This document shows positions 1 through 12,676 of a DNA stretch of 64,000 nt, one piece after another (the stretch's first letter is position 1; each line of letters starts with the position of its first letter). The stretch covers positions 797,518 through 861,517 of the forward strand of contig JAXMCR010000002.1 of NCBI GenBank assembly GCA_046349255.1, given 5' to 3'. The notes beneath the pieces were generated by a model. It was not told the origin of the DNA. It saw nothing but the letters and a program-made list of their open reading frames with translations, and did no database searches. Source of the stretch: Hyphomicrobiales bacterium. GTDB taxonomy: Bacteria > Pseudomonadota > Alphaproteobacteria > Rhizobiales > Aestuariivirgaceae. Both the position numbers and the translations under genes were made by a program.

Positions 1-388
1 TCCGATCGACGTACACGTCGGAAATCGCGTCAGGATGCAGCGCATGCTGATCGGGATGAGCCAGGAAAAGCTGGGCGAACATCTCGGCCTGACGTTCCAG
101 CAGGTTCAAAAGTACGAGAAGGGCTCGAACCGCGTCAGCGCCTCGAAGCTCTACCAGATGGCGCAAGTGCTCGGCGTGCCGGTCCAGTTCTTCTACGAGG
201 ACCTTCCGGGCGGTGGCGCCCAGGGGCAGGGCCCGGGCTTCGGCGAACAGGGCGGCCAGAGTGAGATCATGGGATTCCTCGGCTCCTCCGAAGCGATCCA
301 GCTCAACCGCGCGTTCAGCGAGATCGTCGACCCGGCCGTGCGCCGGCGCGTGGTCGAACTCGTCAAGGCGATCGCCAAGCAGGAATAG
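1..388 (+). CDS. XRE (Cro/C1-type) helix-turn-helix transcriptional regulator, 5' end cut by the window edge
   Basis: ORF track 35..388. The same frame stays open back to nt 2 (PIDVHVGNRVRMQRML...). HTH core MSQEKLGEHLGLTFQQVQKYEKGSNRVSASKL. Confidence 0.8.
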   Translation, partial: PIDVHVGNRVRMQRMLIGMSQEKLGEHLGLTFQQVQKYEKGSNRVSASKLYQMAQVLGVPVQFFYEDLPGGGAQGQGPGFGEQGGQSEIMGFLGSSEAIQLNRAFSEIVDPAVRRRVVELVKAIAKQE

Positions 389-415
389 CGCTCAGCGCAA
401 CCTGAAAAATTCTCA

Positions 416-448
416 AACGGCGGATCGCGTCGAGCGCGGTCCGCCGTT
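416..448 (+). terminator. GC-rich imperfect hairpin after the XRE stop codon, no U-tract
   Basis: AACGGCGGA (416-424) pairs with TCCGCCGTT (440-448), with an inner CGCG/CGCG pairing. No T-run follows, so intrinsic-terminator function is uncertain. Confidence 0.25.
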
Positions 449-594
449 ACCTTGACGATCCCGACCAAGCCTGCCAGAAGATCGCGTCTCAGTGGTCGCA
501 TCGGCCACCCGCGACGCATTTCAGCGTCGACGTCAGCAGGTTTCGCAAGCAGTCGACCCGGCATCCAATCCAAATCTCCGAGGAGTACATAGGC

Positions 595-1800
595 GTGGCG
601 AGGAAGAACTATCTCTTCACGAGCGAATCCGTTTCCGAAGGCCACCCCGACAAGGTGTGCGACCGGATCTCCGACGAGATCGTGGACCTGTTCTACGGCG
701 AAGCGCTGAAGGTCGGCCTCGACCCGCGCGAGGTGCGCGTCGCCTGCGAAACGCTCGCCACCACCAACCGCGTCGTCATCGCGGGTGAATACCGCGGCCC
801 CTCCTCGGTCACGCCGGAGCGCATCGCCGACGCCGCCCGCGAAGCGATCAAGGACATCGGCTACGAGCAGGCGGGCTTCCACTGGCGCGACGCCAAGATC
901 GACGTGCTGCTGCACGGCCAGTCGGCCGACATCGCGCAGGGCGTCGACGCCGCCGGCAACAAGGACGTGGGCGCCGGCGACCAGGGCATCATGTTCGGCT
1001 ACGCCTGCGACGAGACGCCGGAGCTCATGCCGGCCCCGATCTATTACGCCCACCGCATCCTGAAGCAGCTCTCGGAGGCGCGCCGCGCCGGCAAGGGCGA
1101 TGCGATCAAGCTCGGACCCGACGCCAAGAGCCAGGTCACGGTGCAGTACAAGAACGGCAAGCCGTCCGGCGTCACGCAGATCGTCGTGTCGCACCAGCAC
1201 CTGCACGAGGACCTTTCCTCCGACGACGTGCGCTCGATCGTCGAACCCTACGTGAAGAAGGCGCTGCCGAAGGGTTGGATCACCAAGGACACCGTCTGGC
1301 ACGTCAACCCGACGGGCAAGTTCTACATCGGCGGCCCGGATGGCGACTGCGGGCTGACCGGCCGCAAGATCATCGTCGACACCTACGGCGGCGCGGCCCC
1401 GCACGGCGGCGGCGCTTTTTCCGGCAAGGACCCGACGAAGGTCGACCGCTCGGCTGCCTACGCCGCCCGCTACCTCGCCAAGAACGTGGTCGCGGCGGGT
1501 CTCGCCAAGCGCTGCACGATCCAGCTCTCCTACGCGATCGGCGTGTCGCAGCCGCTGTCGATCTACGTCGACCTGCACGACACGGCGAAGAAGGGCGTCG
1601 ACGAGCGCAAGGTCGAGAAGGCGCTCGCGAAGGTGCTCGACCTGTCGCCGCGCGGCATCCGCGAGCACCTCGGGCTCAACGCGCCGATCTACGCGCGCAC
1701 CTCGGCCTACGGCCACTTCGGCCGCAAGCCCGAGAAGGACGGTGGGTTCTCTTGGGAGAAGACCGACCTCGTGGACGAACTCAAGGACCTCGTCCTCTAA
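595..1800 (+). CDS. metK: S-adenosylmethionine synthetase
   Basis: 401-aa ORF with a GTG start. N-terminus [27 protein letters not shown], plus [12 protein letters not shown] and [19 protein letters not shown] motifs typical of MetK. Confidence 0.97.
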   Translation: MARKNYLFTSESVSEGHPDKVCDRISDEIVDLFYGEALKVGLDPREVRVACETLATTNRVVIAGEYRGPSSVTPERIADAAREAIKDIGYEQAGFHWRDAKIDVLLHGQSADIAQGVDAAGNKDVGAGDQGIMFGYACDETPELMPAPIYYAHRILKQLSEARRAGKGDAIKLGPDAKSQVTVQYKNGKPSGVTQIVVSHQHLHEDLSSDDVRSIVEPYVKKALPKGWITKDTVWHVNPTGKFYIGGPDGDCGLTGRKIIVDTYGGAAPHGGGAFSGKDPTKVDRSAAYAARYLAKNVVAAGLAKRCTIQLSYAIGVSQPLSIYVDLHDTAKKGVDERKVEKALAKVLDLSPRGIREHLGLNAPIYARTSAYGHFGRKPEKDGGFSWEKTDLVDELKDLVL

Positions 1801-1828
1801 GCCTGCCGACGATGAGCCGGGGTTTGCG

Positions 1829-2533
1829 ATGGCGCCCGACGCGCCGGACCTGAAGCCCCGGCACCAGTTCTACGGCCGTCGCGTCGGGCATGCGCTGCGC
1901 CCGGCGCAGGCGCGGCTGATGACCGAATTCCTGCCGACGGTTGCGTTCGCGGCCGATGATCCCCGCCTCGCTGATCCGCAAACGCTGTTCGACCGGGGCG
2001 TCCATTCCGTTCGCCTCGAGATCGGCTTCGGCGGCGGCGAGCGCCTCGCCGCGCTCGCTGAGGCGAACCCCGACATGGGCTTCCTCGGTATCGAGCCGTT
2101 CGTCAACGGCGTTGCGAAGCTCGTTTCGGCGATCGAGGCGAAAGGACTGCGCAACGTCCGCCTCCATCATGGCGATGCGCGGGACGTTCTCGCCGCGATC
2201 GGCGCCGGCACGCTCGACGAAGTCGCCCTCCTCTATCCCGACCCATGGCCGAAGAAGCGGCACCAGCGAAGGCGCTTCGTCCAGCCGGAGACGCTTGCCG
2301 AGATGCATCGCATGCTGAAGCCGGGCGGCGCGTTCTTCTTCGCAAGCGACATCCCCGACTACGTGGCCTGGACGCTTCAGCGCGTCCTTTCGCACGGCGG
2401 GTTCGCGTGGACGGCGCGGCGTCCCGCCGACTGGAAGGACCCGCCGCCGGATTGGGTGCGCACGCGTTACGAGGCGAAAGCCGTCCGCGAGAGCCGCACG
2501 CCCTGCTACCTCCGCTTCGAAAGGCGGACCTGA
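1829..2533 (+). CDS. trmB: tRNA (guanine-N7)-methyltransferase
   Basis: Frame of ORF 1742..2533. ATG at 1829 lies just after the metK stop. Motifs LEIGFGGGE, LLYPDPWPKKRH and FASD are typical of TrmB. Confidence 0.9.
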   Translation: MAPDAPDLKPRHQFYGRRVGHALRPAQARLMTEFLPTVAFAADDPRLADPQTLFDRGVHSVRLEIGFGGGERLAALAEANPDMGFLGIEPFVNGVAKLVSAIEAKGLRNVRLHHGDARDVLAAIGAGTLDEVALLYPDPWPKKRHQRRRFVQPETLAEMHRMLKPGGAFFFASDIPDYVAWTLQRVLSHGGFAWTARRPADWKDPPPDWVRTRYEAKAVRESRTPCYLRFERRT

Positions 2534-2552
2534 GATCGAGACTCGGACCAAA

Positions 2553-2632
2553 GGATCCCCGGCTCAAGGCCGGGGATGACGGATGACGGTTTCTCTTTCG
2601 TCATGGCCGGGCTCGACCCGGCCATCCTCTGG
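2553..2632. repeat. Pair of REP-like hairpins, head-in arrangement (reverse CCCC variant plus forward GGCC variant)
   Basis: GGATCCCCGGCTCAAGGCCGGGGATGAC (2553-2580) and GTCATGGCCGGGCTCGACCCGGCCATCC (2600-2627). Same archetype as the clusters at 12.7, 36.1 and 43.6 kb. Confidence 0.85.
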
Positions 2633-2680
2633 TGCCGGACCTGATCCGCCGTCGTCTGGCGACGGCTTGCACCCGGGCCC

Positions 2681-2709
2681 TTGCAACAAAGGCCCTGAGG
2701 GCGTATATC
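2681..2709 (+). promoter_or_regulatory. Candidate sigma70-type promoter for the rimP-nusA-infB operon
   Basis: TTGCAA (2681-2686), 17-nt spacer, TATATC (2704-2709). Each hexamer matches 4/6 of the consensus. It lies about 100 nt upstream of rimP. Confidence 0.35.
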
Positions 2710-2761
2710 GCCGCTCAAGTTCTTCATTCTCATAGCCTTCAGCGATGAAGGTACCGATGAG

Positions 2762-2792
2762 GGTGGGTCCCGCGGGGCCCGCCTTTTTGTTT
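2762..2792 (+). terminator. Intrinsic terminator-like hairpin with U-tract (trmB terminator and/or rimP-leader attenuator)
   Basis: GGTGGGTCCCG/CGGGGCCCGCC self-complementary with two G-U wobbles (2762-2783), followed by TTTTTGTTT (2784-2792). It ends 15 nt before the rimP ATG. Confidence 0.6.
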
Positions 2793-2806
2793 GCCCGACG
2801 AGGTTC

Positions 2807-3439
2807 ATGAGCGAGACGATCAAGCACGAGACCGACGACCGCCTGCGCCGCGAGCAGGGCGTGGCGGCGCGCGTCGTCGCGATCATCGAGCCGGCGATTG
2901 CCGACCTCGGCTACCGGCTCGTGCGCGTGAAGATGGCGGGCTCGACTCTCCAGGTGATGGCGGAGCGGCCCGACGGCTCCTTCACCATCGACGACTGCGA
3001 AACGGTCTCGCGCCAGATCTCGCCGATGCTCGACGTCGAGGACCCGATCCCCGGCCGCTACTCGCTTGAAGTCTCCTCGCCCGGCATCGACCGGCCGCTC
3101 GTCCGTCCGTCCGACTTCGAGCGCTGGTCCGGCCACGAGGCGAAGATCGAACTCGCCGTGCCGCTTGCCGGCCGCAAGCGCTTCCGGGGCATCCTCGAAG
3201 GCTATACCGAGGGCGAGGTGCGCCTGTTCCTCGACGAGAAGGGCGAGGACGGCCAGCCGATCCTCGTCGGCGTGCCGTTCGCCGACATCCACGACGCGAA
3301 GCTGATGCTGACCGACGAGCTCATTGCTGCCACCCGCCGCACCACGCCCGCAGGCGCGGTCGGCGACGGCAGCGATTTTCCTGGTGACGTAGACGAAGAC
3401 GCGGCCGAGACGCCGCCCGATGGAGTTGACCATGGCTGA
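2807..3439 (+). CDS. rimP: Ribosome maturation factor RimP
   Basis: 210-aa ORF, GAGG Shine-Dalgarno about 6 nt upstream. It sits directly before nusA. RimP-like pattern in [10 protein letters not shown]...[12 protein letters not shown]. Confidence 0.92.
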   Translation: MSETIKHETDDRLRREQGVAARVVAIIEPAIADLGYRLVRVKMAGSTLQVMAERPDGSFTIDDCETVSRQISPMLDVEDPIPGRYSLEVSSPGIDRPLVRPSDFERWSGHEAKIELAVPLAGRKRFRGILEGYTEGEVRLFLDEKGEDGQPILVGVPFADIHDAKLMLTDELIAATRRTTPAGAVGDGSDFPGDVDEDAAETPPDGVDHG

Positions 3440-5057
3440 CTACGGTGTGAGCGCCAACCGGCTCGAGCTCTTGCAGATCGCCGATGCGGTGGCGCGCGAG
3501 AAGTCGATCGACAAGCGCGTCGTGCTCGCCGCGATGGAGGACGCGATCCAGCGCGCCGCCCGCTCGCGCTACGGCGCGGAGAACGACATCCGCGCCGAGA
3601 TCGACCCGAAGACCGGCGAGACCCGCCTCAACCGCCTGCTCGAGGTGGTGGAAGCGGTCGAGAACGACGCCACCCAGATCACGCTCGCCGAGGCGGCGCG
3701 TAGAAACCCCGCCGCCCGCGTCGGGGATTTCATCGCCGAACCGCTGCCGCCGATCGACTTCGGCCGCATCGCCGCGCAGAACGCCAAGCAGGTGATCGTG
3801 CAGCGCGTGCGCGACGCCGAGCGCGAGCGCCAGTACGAGGAATACAAGGACCGTATCGGCGAGATCGTCTCGGGCGTGGTGAAGCGCGTCGAGTACGGCA
3901 ACATCATCGTCGACCTCGGCCGCGGCGAAGGCATCGTGCGCCGCGACGAGGCGCTGCCGCGCGAGAACTTCCGCACCGGCGATCGCATCCGCGCCTACAT
4001 CTACGACGTGCGCCGCGAGCAGCGCGGCCCGCAGATCTTCCTGTCGCGCACCCATCCGCAGTTCATGGCGCGCCTGTTCGGCCAGGAAGTGCCGGAGATC
4101 TACGACGGCATCGTCGAGGTCGTGTCGGTGGCGCGCGATCCGGGCAGCCGCGCGAAGATCGCGGTGCGGTCGAAGGACTCCTCGATCGACCCCGTGGGCG
4201 CCTGCGTCGGCATGCGCGGCAGCCGCGTGCAGGCCGTCGTCGGTGAGCTCCAGGGCGAGAAGATCGACATCATCCCGTGGTCGCCGGACGCGGCGACGTT
4301 CATCGTCAACGCGCTCGCTCCCGCCGAGGTCGCCAAGGTCGTGCTCGACGAGGAAGCCCAGCGCATCGACGCGGTGGTGCCGGACGAGCAGCTTTCGCTG
4401 GCGATCGGCCGGCGCGGCCAGAACGTGCGCCTTGCCTCCCAGCTTACCGGCTGGGACATCGACATCATGACCGAGGCCGAGGAATCGGAGCGCCGCCAGA
4501 AGGAATTCGCCGATCGCACGAAGCGCTTCGTCGAGGCGCTCGACACCGACGAGATGCTGGCGCAGCTCCTCGCCTCGGAAGGCTTCGACACGGTGGAAGA
4601 GATCGCCTACGTCGACTCGAAGGAGATCGCCTCGATCGAGGGCCTCGACGAGGACACCGCAACGGAAATCCAGATGCGGGCGCGGGAATACCTCGACAAG
4701 CAGGCGGCCGAACTCGACGCGCGCCGGCGCGAGCTGGGCGTTGCCGACGAGCTGGCCGAGATCGAGGGCATTACGCCAGCGATGCTGGTGGCGCTCGGCG
4801 AGGAAGGCATCCTCACCGTGGAAGACCTCGCCGGATGCGCAACCGACGACCTCACCGGCTGGACCGAGAAGAAGGCGGGCGAGACGGTCAAGCACAAGGG
4901 CGCGTTCTCCGGCCTTGACGTCTCCTCGGAGGAGGCCGAGGCGCTGATCATGGCGGCGCGCATCGCTGCCGGCTGGATCGAACCGGAGCCGGAAGCGCCG
5001 GCCGAAGAATATGCCGAAGGCGAAGAGGCTGCCGACGCGCAGCCCGGCGCCCAGTGA
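3432..5057 (+). CDS. nusA: Transcription termination/antitermination factor NusA
   Basis: ORF 3420..5057. [27 protein letters not shown] is a typical NusA N-terminus. S1 and KH regions plus an acidic C-terminal repeat region are present. An alternative ATG lies at 3420. Confidence 0.95.
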   Translation: MADYGVSANRLELLQIADAVAREKSIDKRVVLAAMEDAIQRAARSRYGAENDIRAEIDPKTGETRLNRLLEVVEAVENDATQITLAEAARRNPAARVGDFIAEPLPPIDFGRIAAQNAKQVIVQRVRDAERERQYEEYKDRIGEIVSGVVKRVEYGNIIVDLGRGEGIVRRDEALPRENFRTGDRIRAYIYDVRREQRGPQIFLSRTHPQFMARLFGQEVPEIYDGIVEVVSVARDPGSRAKIAVRSKDSSIDPVGACVGMRGSRVQAVVGELQGEKIDIIPWSPDAATFIVNALAPAEVAKVVLDEEAQRIDAVVPDEQLSLAIGRRGQNVRLASQLTGWDIDIMTEAEESERRQKEFADRTKRFVEALDTDEMLAQLLASEGFDTVEEIAYVDSKEIASIEGLDEDTATEIQMRAREYLDKQAAELDARRRELGVADELAEIEGITPAMLVALGEEGILTVEDLAGCATDDLTGWTEKKAGETVKHKGAFSGLDVSSEEAEALIMAARIAAGWIEPEPEAPAEEYAEGEEAADAQPGAQ

Positions 5058-5682
5058 TGAGGCCCGGGGGAGAACAGGCTTGGCCGAACTCGACGAGGAT
5101 AGCCCGGAGGTGGCGGAGCGCACCTGCATCGTCACGCGCGAGGTTCACGAACCGGACGCGCTGATCCGCTTTGCCCGCGCACCCGACGGCACCGTGGTGC
5201 CGGACGTGCGCGGCAAGCTGCCGGGGCGCGGCGTGTGGGTGGGCGCGCGGCGCACCCTTGTCGAAACGGCAGCGAAGAAACATCTGTTCTCCAGAGGCTT
5301 CAAGGCCGAGGCGAAAGCCCCGGCCGATCTCGCGTCGCAGACCGGCGACCTGTTGAGCGAGGCTGCGCTGTCGCTGCTGGCGCTCGCCAACAAGGCGGGT
5401 CTCGCCGTCACCGGCTTCGAGAAGGTCGCCGAGAGGGCCCGTCACGGGCGTGTTGCGGTGCTGGTCGAGGCTTGCGACGGCGCCGCCGATGGCCGCCGAA
5501 AAATCGCTGCCGCAGCGGCATCTTCCGGTGGAACGACCGAGGTCGTGGAAGTTTTTACGTCGGCCCAATTGGGTTTGGCATTCGGGCTTCCAAGTGTGGT
5601 ACATGCTGCCGTGGCCGAGGGCGGGCTTGCTCGCAGTTTCCTCGCGGCGGCGCGACGTTTCGAACGATACGAAGCCGCGTGA
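5011..5682 (+). CDS. YlxR/DUF448-type RNA-binding protein with L7Ae-like C-terminal part
   Basis: RTCIVTREVHEPDALIRF...GRGVWV is the YlxR signature, and the position between nusA and infB is conserved. Start is uncertain. ATG 5011 overlaps nusA by 47 nt, while TTG 5080 is preceded by GGGGGAG. Confidence 0.8.
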   Translation: MPKAKRLPTRSPAPSDEARGRTGLAELDEDSPEVAERTCIVTREVHEPDALIRFARAPDGTVVPDVRGKLPGRGVWVGARRTLVETAAKKHLFSRGFKAEAKAPADLASQTGDLLSEAALSLLALANKAGLAVTGFEKVAERARHGRVAVLVEACDGAADGRRKIAAAAASSGGTTEVVEVFTSAQLGLAFGLPSVVHAAVAEGGLARSFLAAARRFERYEAA

Positions 5683-5712
5683 GGCTTGGCCCTTCAAGGT
5701 ACAGAGAGTGGA

Positions 5713-8646
<2,934 letters not shown>

Positions 8647-8689
8647 GGCGGGAAGGCGGGTCGATCCCCGCCTCCCGACGGACCTTGAG

Positions 8690-9082
8690 ATGAAGAAGCC
8701 ACCGTCCCAGCGCCAGTTGCGCGTCGGCGAACTGATCCGCCACGAGCTTTCCGCGATCATCACCCGCGGCGAGATCGACGACGACGTGATCGACCACGCC
8801 GGCGTCAGCGTGAACGAAGTGCAGACCTCGCCGGACTTGAAGATCGCCACCGCCTATGTGCGCCCGCTGCTTGCGGGCCACGAGAAGGAGGTGGTCGAGC
8901 ACCTGAACAAGCATGCCCGCTTCATCCGGGGGCTGCTCGCGCCGAAGCTCGGCATGCGCTACATGCCCGAGCTCCGCTTCCGCTACGACACTGCGCTCGA
9001 CTACGCCCAGCACATCGACGAGCTTCTGAACTCGCCGGTCGTGCGCCGCGACCTCGACAAGCCCCCTTCGGACGAAGAATAG
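8690..9082 (+). CDS. rbfA: Ribosome-binding factor A
   Basis: 130-aa ORF. SQRQLRVGELIRHELS...V.VS.DL..A.VY pattern is typical of RbfA. Position after infB. Confidence 0.93.
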   Translation: MKKPPSQRQLRVGELIRHELSAIITRGEIDDDVIDHAGVSVNEVQTSPDLKIATAYVRPLLAGHEKEVVEHLNKHARFIRGLLAPKLGMRYMPELRFRYDTALDYAQHIDELLNSPVVRRDLDKPPSDEE

Positions 9083-9089
9083 CCCCGCC

Positions 9090-10025
9090 ATGGCCCGCCG
9101 ACCGAAAGGCCGCCCGGTGGATGGCTGGGTGGTGCTCGACAAGCCGTCGCATCTCGGCTCGACGCAGGCCGTCTCGATCGTGAAGCGGCTGTTTCAGGCC
9201 CAGAAGGCGGGCCACGCCGGCACGCTTGATCCGCTCGCCTCCGGCATGCTGCCGATCGCGCTCGGCGAGGCCACCAAGACCGTGCCGTTCGCGATGGACG
9301 GGGCGAAGACCTACCGCTTCACCGTGCGCTGGGGCGAGGAGACGCCCTCCGACGACGCCGAGACCGCCCCGGAGCGCACGAGCCCCGTCCGGCCGTCCCG
9401 TTCGGAGATCGAGGCGGTGCTGCCCCGGTTCACGGGCGTCATCCTCCAGGTTCCGCCGCGGTTTTCCGCCATCAAGGTCGAGGGCGAGCGCGCCTACGAC
9501 CTGGCGCGGGCCGGGGAGCGGCTGGAGCTCGAGCCGCGCGAGGTCGAGATCGAGCGGCTCGCCGTGCTCGAGATGGGGGATCTGGACCACACGGCGTTCG
9601 AGTGCGACTGCGGCCAGGGCACCTACATCCGCTCGCTTGCCCGCGACATGGGGCGCGCGCTCGGAACCTTCGGCCATATCGTTAACCTGCGCCGCACCCG
9701 GGTCGGTCCGTTCGCCGAAAGCGACATGATTCCGCTGGATAAATTGCGGGAACTCGGTCATAACGACGCCGGCCCGCAAGGGCTTATGGCCTGCCTACAC
9801 CCGCTTCAGACCGCGCTGGACGACATCCCGGCGCTGGCCGTGAACCAGGTGGAAGCGGCCCGCCTCCGGCAAGGTCAGTCCGTGATCCTGCGCGGCGCGC
9901 TTCCCCCGCCCGGTACCGACGCCATCTACGTGGCCTGCCGCGGCGAACCGGTGGCGATCGCCGATCTCGATCGCGGCATGCTCAGGCCGAGGCGCGTGTT
10001 CAACGCCAACCCGGCCCGGTCCTGA
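9090..10025 (+). CDS. truB: tRNA pseudouridine(55) synthase TruB
   Basis: 311-aa ORF. GWVVLDKP..S....V......KAGHAGTLDPLASGMLPI contains the catalytic Asp motif. Confidence 0.95.
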   Translation: MARRPKGRPVDGWVVLDKPSHLGSTQAVSIVKRLFQAQKAGHAGTLDPLASGMLPIALGEATKTVPFAMDGAKTYRFTVRWGEETPSDDAETAPERTSPVRPSRSEIEAVLPRFTGVILQVPPRFSAIKVEGERAYDLARAGERLELEPREVEIERLAVLEMGDLDHTAFECDCGQGTYIRSLARDMGRALGTFGHIVNLRRTRVGPFAESDMIPLDKLRELGHNDAGPQGLMACLHPLQTALDDIPALAVNQVEAARLRQGQSVILRGALPPPGTDAIYVACRGEPVAIADLDRGMLRPRRVFNANPARS

Positions 10026-10055
10026 CGGACCTTTCGGCCACTGAAGGAGACCCCG

Positions 10056-10325
10056 ATGTCGATCACGGCCGAGCGCAAGCAGGCGCTCATCAAGGAATAT
10101 TCCACCACTGGCAACGACACCGGCTCGCCCGAGGTCCAGGTCGCGCTCCTCACCGAGCGGATCAAGAACCTCACCGAGCACTTCCAGAGCCACAAGAAGG
10201 ACAACCACTCGCGTCGTGGCCTTCTGAAGATGGTGAGCCAGCGTCGCGTCCTGCTCGACTACCTGAAGAAGAAGGACGACGGACGCTATCGCGCGCTCAT
10301 CGACCGTCTCGGCATTCGCCGCTGA
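10056..10325 (+). CDS. rpsO: 30S ribosomal protein S15
   Basis: 89-aa [18 protein letters not shown]...[33 protein letters not shown]. Confidence 0.97.
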   Translation: MSITAERKQALIKEYSTTGNDTGSPEVQVALLTERIKNLTEHFQSHKKDNHSRRGLLKMVSQRRVLLDYLKKKDDGRYRALIDRLGIRR

Positions 10326-10350
10326 CGTTCGACGTTTTGTAATTGCATGA

Positions 10351-10368
10351 GGGCGGCAGCCGCCGCCC
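10351..10368 (+). promoter_or_regulatory. GC hairpin in the rpsO-pnp spacer (candidate rpsO attenuator / pnp-leader processing structure)
   Basis: GGGCGGC-AGCC-GCCGCCC, a perfect 7-bp stem, 26 nt after the rpsO stop. No U-tract. Confidence 0.4.
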
Positions 10369-10486
10369 GAATCCCCTTCAAGGCGCACCGGCAATGGGGC
10401 CGGTCGCCAGGAGCCCAAACGGGGATGCCGCTCCGGTAGGCGTAATCGCGAGCTCAAGGCGGCGAAGGGCAGCATAAGGAAACTCC

Positions 10487-12643
10487 ATGTTCGAAATTCA
10501 TGTCGAGGAACTCGAATGGGGCGGCAAGCCGCTGCGCCTCGAGACCGGCCGCATCGCGCGGCAAGCAGACGGGGCGGTATTCGCCTCGCTCGGTGAAACC
10601 ACCGTTCTCGCAACCGTCGTGGGCGACAAGTCGCCGAAGCCCGGCATCGACTTCTTCCCGCTCACCGTGAACTACCAGGAAAAGACCTACGCGGCGGGCA
10701 AGATCCCCGGCGGCTACTTCAAGCGCGAAGGCCGCCCGACCGAGCGCGAAACGCTGGTGTCGCGCCTGATCGACCGCCCGATCCGTCCGCTGTTCGTCGA
10801 GGGCTACAAGAACGAGACGCAGGTGATCGTCACCGTGCTCTCGCACGACCTCGAGAACGATCCGGACGTGCTGGCGATGGTCGCCGCCTCCGCCGCGCTG
10901 ACGCTCTCGGGTCTGCCGTTCATGGGCCCGATCGGCGCCTCCCGCGTCGGCTTCATCGACGGCGCGTACGTGCTGAACCCGACGCTCGAGCAGCAGAAGC
11001 AGTCGAACCTCGACCTCGTGGTCGCGGGCACCTCGGACGCCGTGCTGATGGTCGAGTCGGAAGCCAAGGAGCTCACCGAGGAAGTGATGCTCGGCGCCGT
11101 GATGTTCGGCCACAAGGGCTTCCAGCCGGTGATCGACGCGATCATCCGTCTCGCCGAGCGCGCCGCGCGTCCGCCGCGCGAGCTCGCCGCGAAGGAGGAG
11201 AGCGATCTCGGCGCCCGCGTGAAGGCGATTGCGGGCAACGCGCTGCGCGCCGCCTACGCGATCGCCGGCAAGGAGGAGCGCCGCGATGCGGTCGCCGCCG
11301 CCAAGGAGAAGGTGCTGGCGGAACTCGCCACGCCCGAGAGCGGCTACGACGCGCAGAAGATCGGCGGCGCCTTCAAGGAACTCGAGAAGGACATCGTGCG
11401 GGGCAACATCCTCGACACGAAGTCGCGCATCGACGGCCGCGGCCTCGCCGACATCCGTCCGATCGTGTGCGAAGTCGGCGTGCTGCCGCGCACCCACGGT
11501 TCGGCGCTGTTCACCCGCGGCGAAACGCAGGCGCTGGTCGTGACGACGCTCGGCACGGGCGACGACGAGCAGTACATCGACGCGCTCGAAGGGACGTACA
11601 AGGAGACGTTCCTGCTGCACTACAACTTCCCGCCCTTCTCGGTGGGCGAGACGGGCCGCGTCGGCTTCACCGGCCGGCGCGAAGTGGGCCACGGCAAGCT
11701 CGCCTGGCGCGCCATCCACCCGATGCTGCCCGCGCAGGACCAGTTCCCCTACACGATCCGCGTCGTCTCGGAGATCACCGAGTCGAACGGCTCCTCGTCG
11801 ATGGCGACGGTGTGCGGCTCCTCGCTCGCGCTGATGGACGCGGGCGTGCCGCTCGCGGCCCCGGTGGCGGGCATCGCGATGGGCCTGATCCTCGAGGGTG
11901 ACCGCTTCGCCGTGCTCTCCGACATCCTCGGCGACGAGGATCACCTCGGCGACATGGACTTCAAGGTGGCCGGTACGTCGGAAGGCATCACGTCCCTCCA
12001 GATGGACATCAAGATCACCGGCATCAACGAGGAGATCATGCGCACCGCCCTGTTCCAGGCGAAGGACGGGCGCATGCACATCCTCGGCAAGATGGCGGAA
12101 GCGCTCACCTCCTCGCGCCCCGGCCTCGGCGAGTACGCGCCGCGCATTGAGGTGATGACGATCCCGGTCGACAAGATCCGCGAAGTCATCGGCTCGGGCG
12201 GCAAGGTGATCCGCGAGATCGTCGAGAAGACCGGCGCCAAGATCGACATCTCCGACGACGGCACGATCAAGATCGCGTCGGCTTCGGGCCCGTCGATCGA
12301 TGCGGCGATGAAGTGGATCAAGTCGATCGTGTCGGAGCCGGAAGTGGGCGAGATCTACGACGGCAAGGTCGTGAAGGTCGTCGACTTCGGCGCCTTCGTG
12401 AACTTCTTCGGCTCGCGCGACGGCCTCGTGCACGTCTCCGAACTCGCCCCGCGCCGCGTGGCGAAGGTGTCGGACGTCGTCAAGGAAGGCGACGCCGTGA
12501 AGGTGAAGCTCCTTGGTTTCGACCCGCGCGGCAAGGTGCGCCTCTCCATGAAGCAGGTCGACCAGGAGACCGGTGAGGACATCTCGAAGAAGCAGGGGGC
12601 CGAAGGCGACGAGGTCCCGGCAAACGAGGCCGAGGGCGCGTAA
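10487..12643 (+). CDS. pnp: Polyribonucleotide nucleotidyltransferase (PNPase)
   Basis: 718-aa ORF. Two RNase PH-like halves, then KH and S1 regions ([20 protein letters not shown]...GLVHVSEL). Confidence 0.97.
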   Translation: MFEIHVEELEWGGKPLRLETGRIARQADGAVFASLGETTVLATVVGDKSPKPGIDFFPLTVNYQEKTYAAGKIPGGYFKREGRPTERETLVSRLIDRPIRPLFVEGYKNETQVIVTVLSHDLENDPDVLAMVAASAALTLSGLPFMGPIGASRVGFIDGAYVLNPTLEQQKQSNLDLVVAGTSDAVLMVESEAKELTEEVMLGAVMFGHKGFQPVIDAIIRLAERAARPPRELAAKEESDLGARVKAIAGNALRAAYAIAGKEERRDAVAAAKEKVLAELATPESGYDAQKIGGAFKELEKDIVRGNILDTKSRIDGRGLADIRPIVCEVGVLPRTHGSALFTRGETQALVVTTLGTGDDEQYIDALEGTYKETFLLHYNFPPFSVGETGRVGFTGRREVGHGKLAWRAIHPMLPAQDQFPYTIRVVSEITESNGSSSMATVCGSSLALMDAGVPLAAPVAGIAMGLILEGDRFAVLSDILGDEDHLGDMDFKVAGTSEGITSLQMDIKITGINEEIMRTALFQAKDGRMHILGKMAEALTSSRPGLGEYAPRIEVMTIPVDKIREVIGSGGKVIREIVEKTGAKIDISDDGTIKIASASGPSIDAAMKWIKSIVSEPEVGEIYDGKVVKVVDFGAFVNFFGSRDGLVHVSELAPRRVAKVSDVVKEGDAVKVKLLGFDPRGKVRLSMKQVDQETGEDISKKQGAEGDEVPANEAEGA

Positions 12644-12676
12644 GCTCCCCGCCCTGCGCGGCAGTTCAAATCCTCA

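Noticed and set aside
389-594. SAM-responsive riboswitch (SAM-II, SAM-V or SAM/SAH type) in the metK leader.
   Set aside because: I could not recognise the conserved cores of these motifs, for example the AAAGC pseudoknot strand of SAM-II. Only generic small hairpins are present. A covariance-model scan (Rfam) would settle this.
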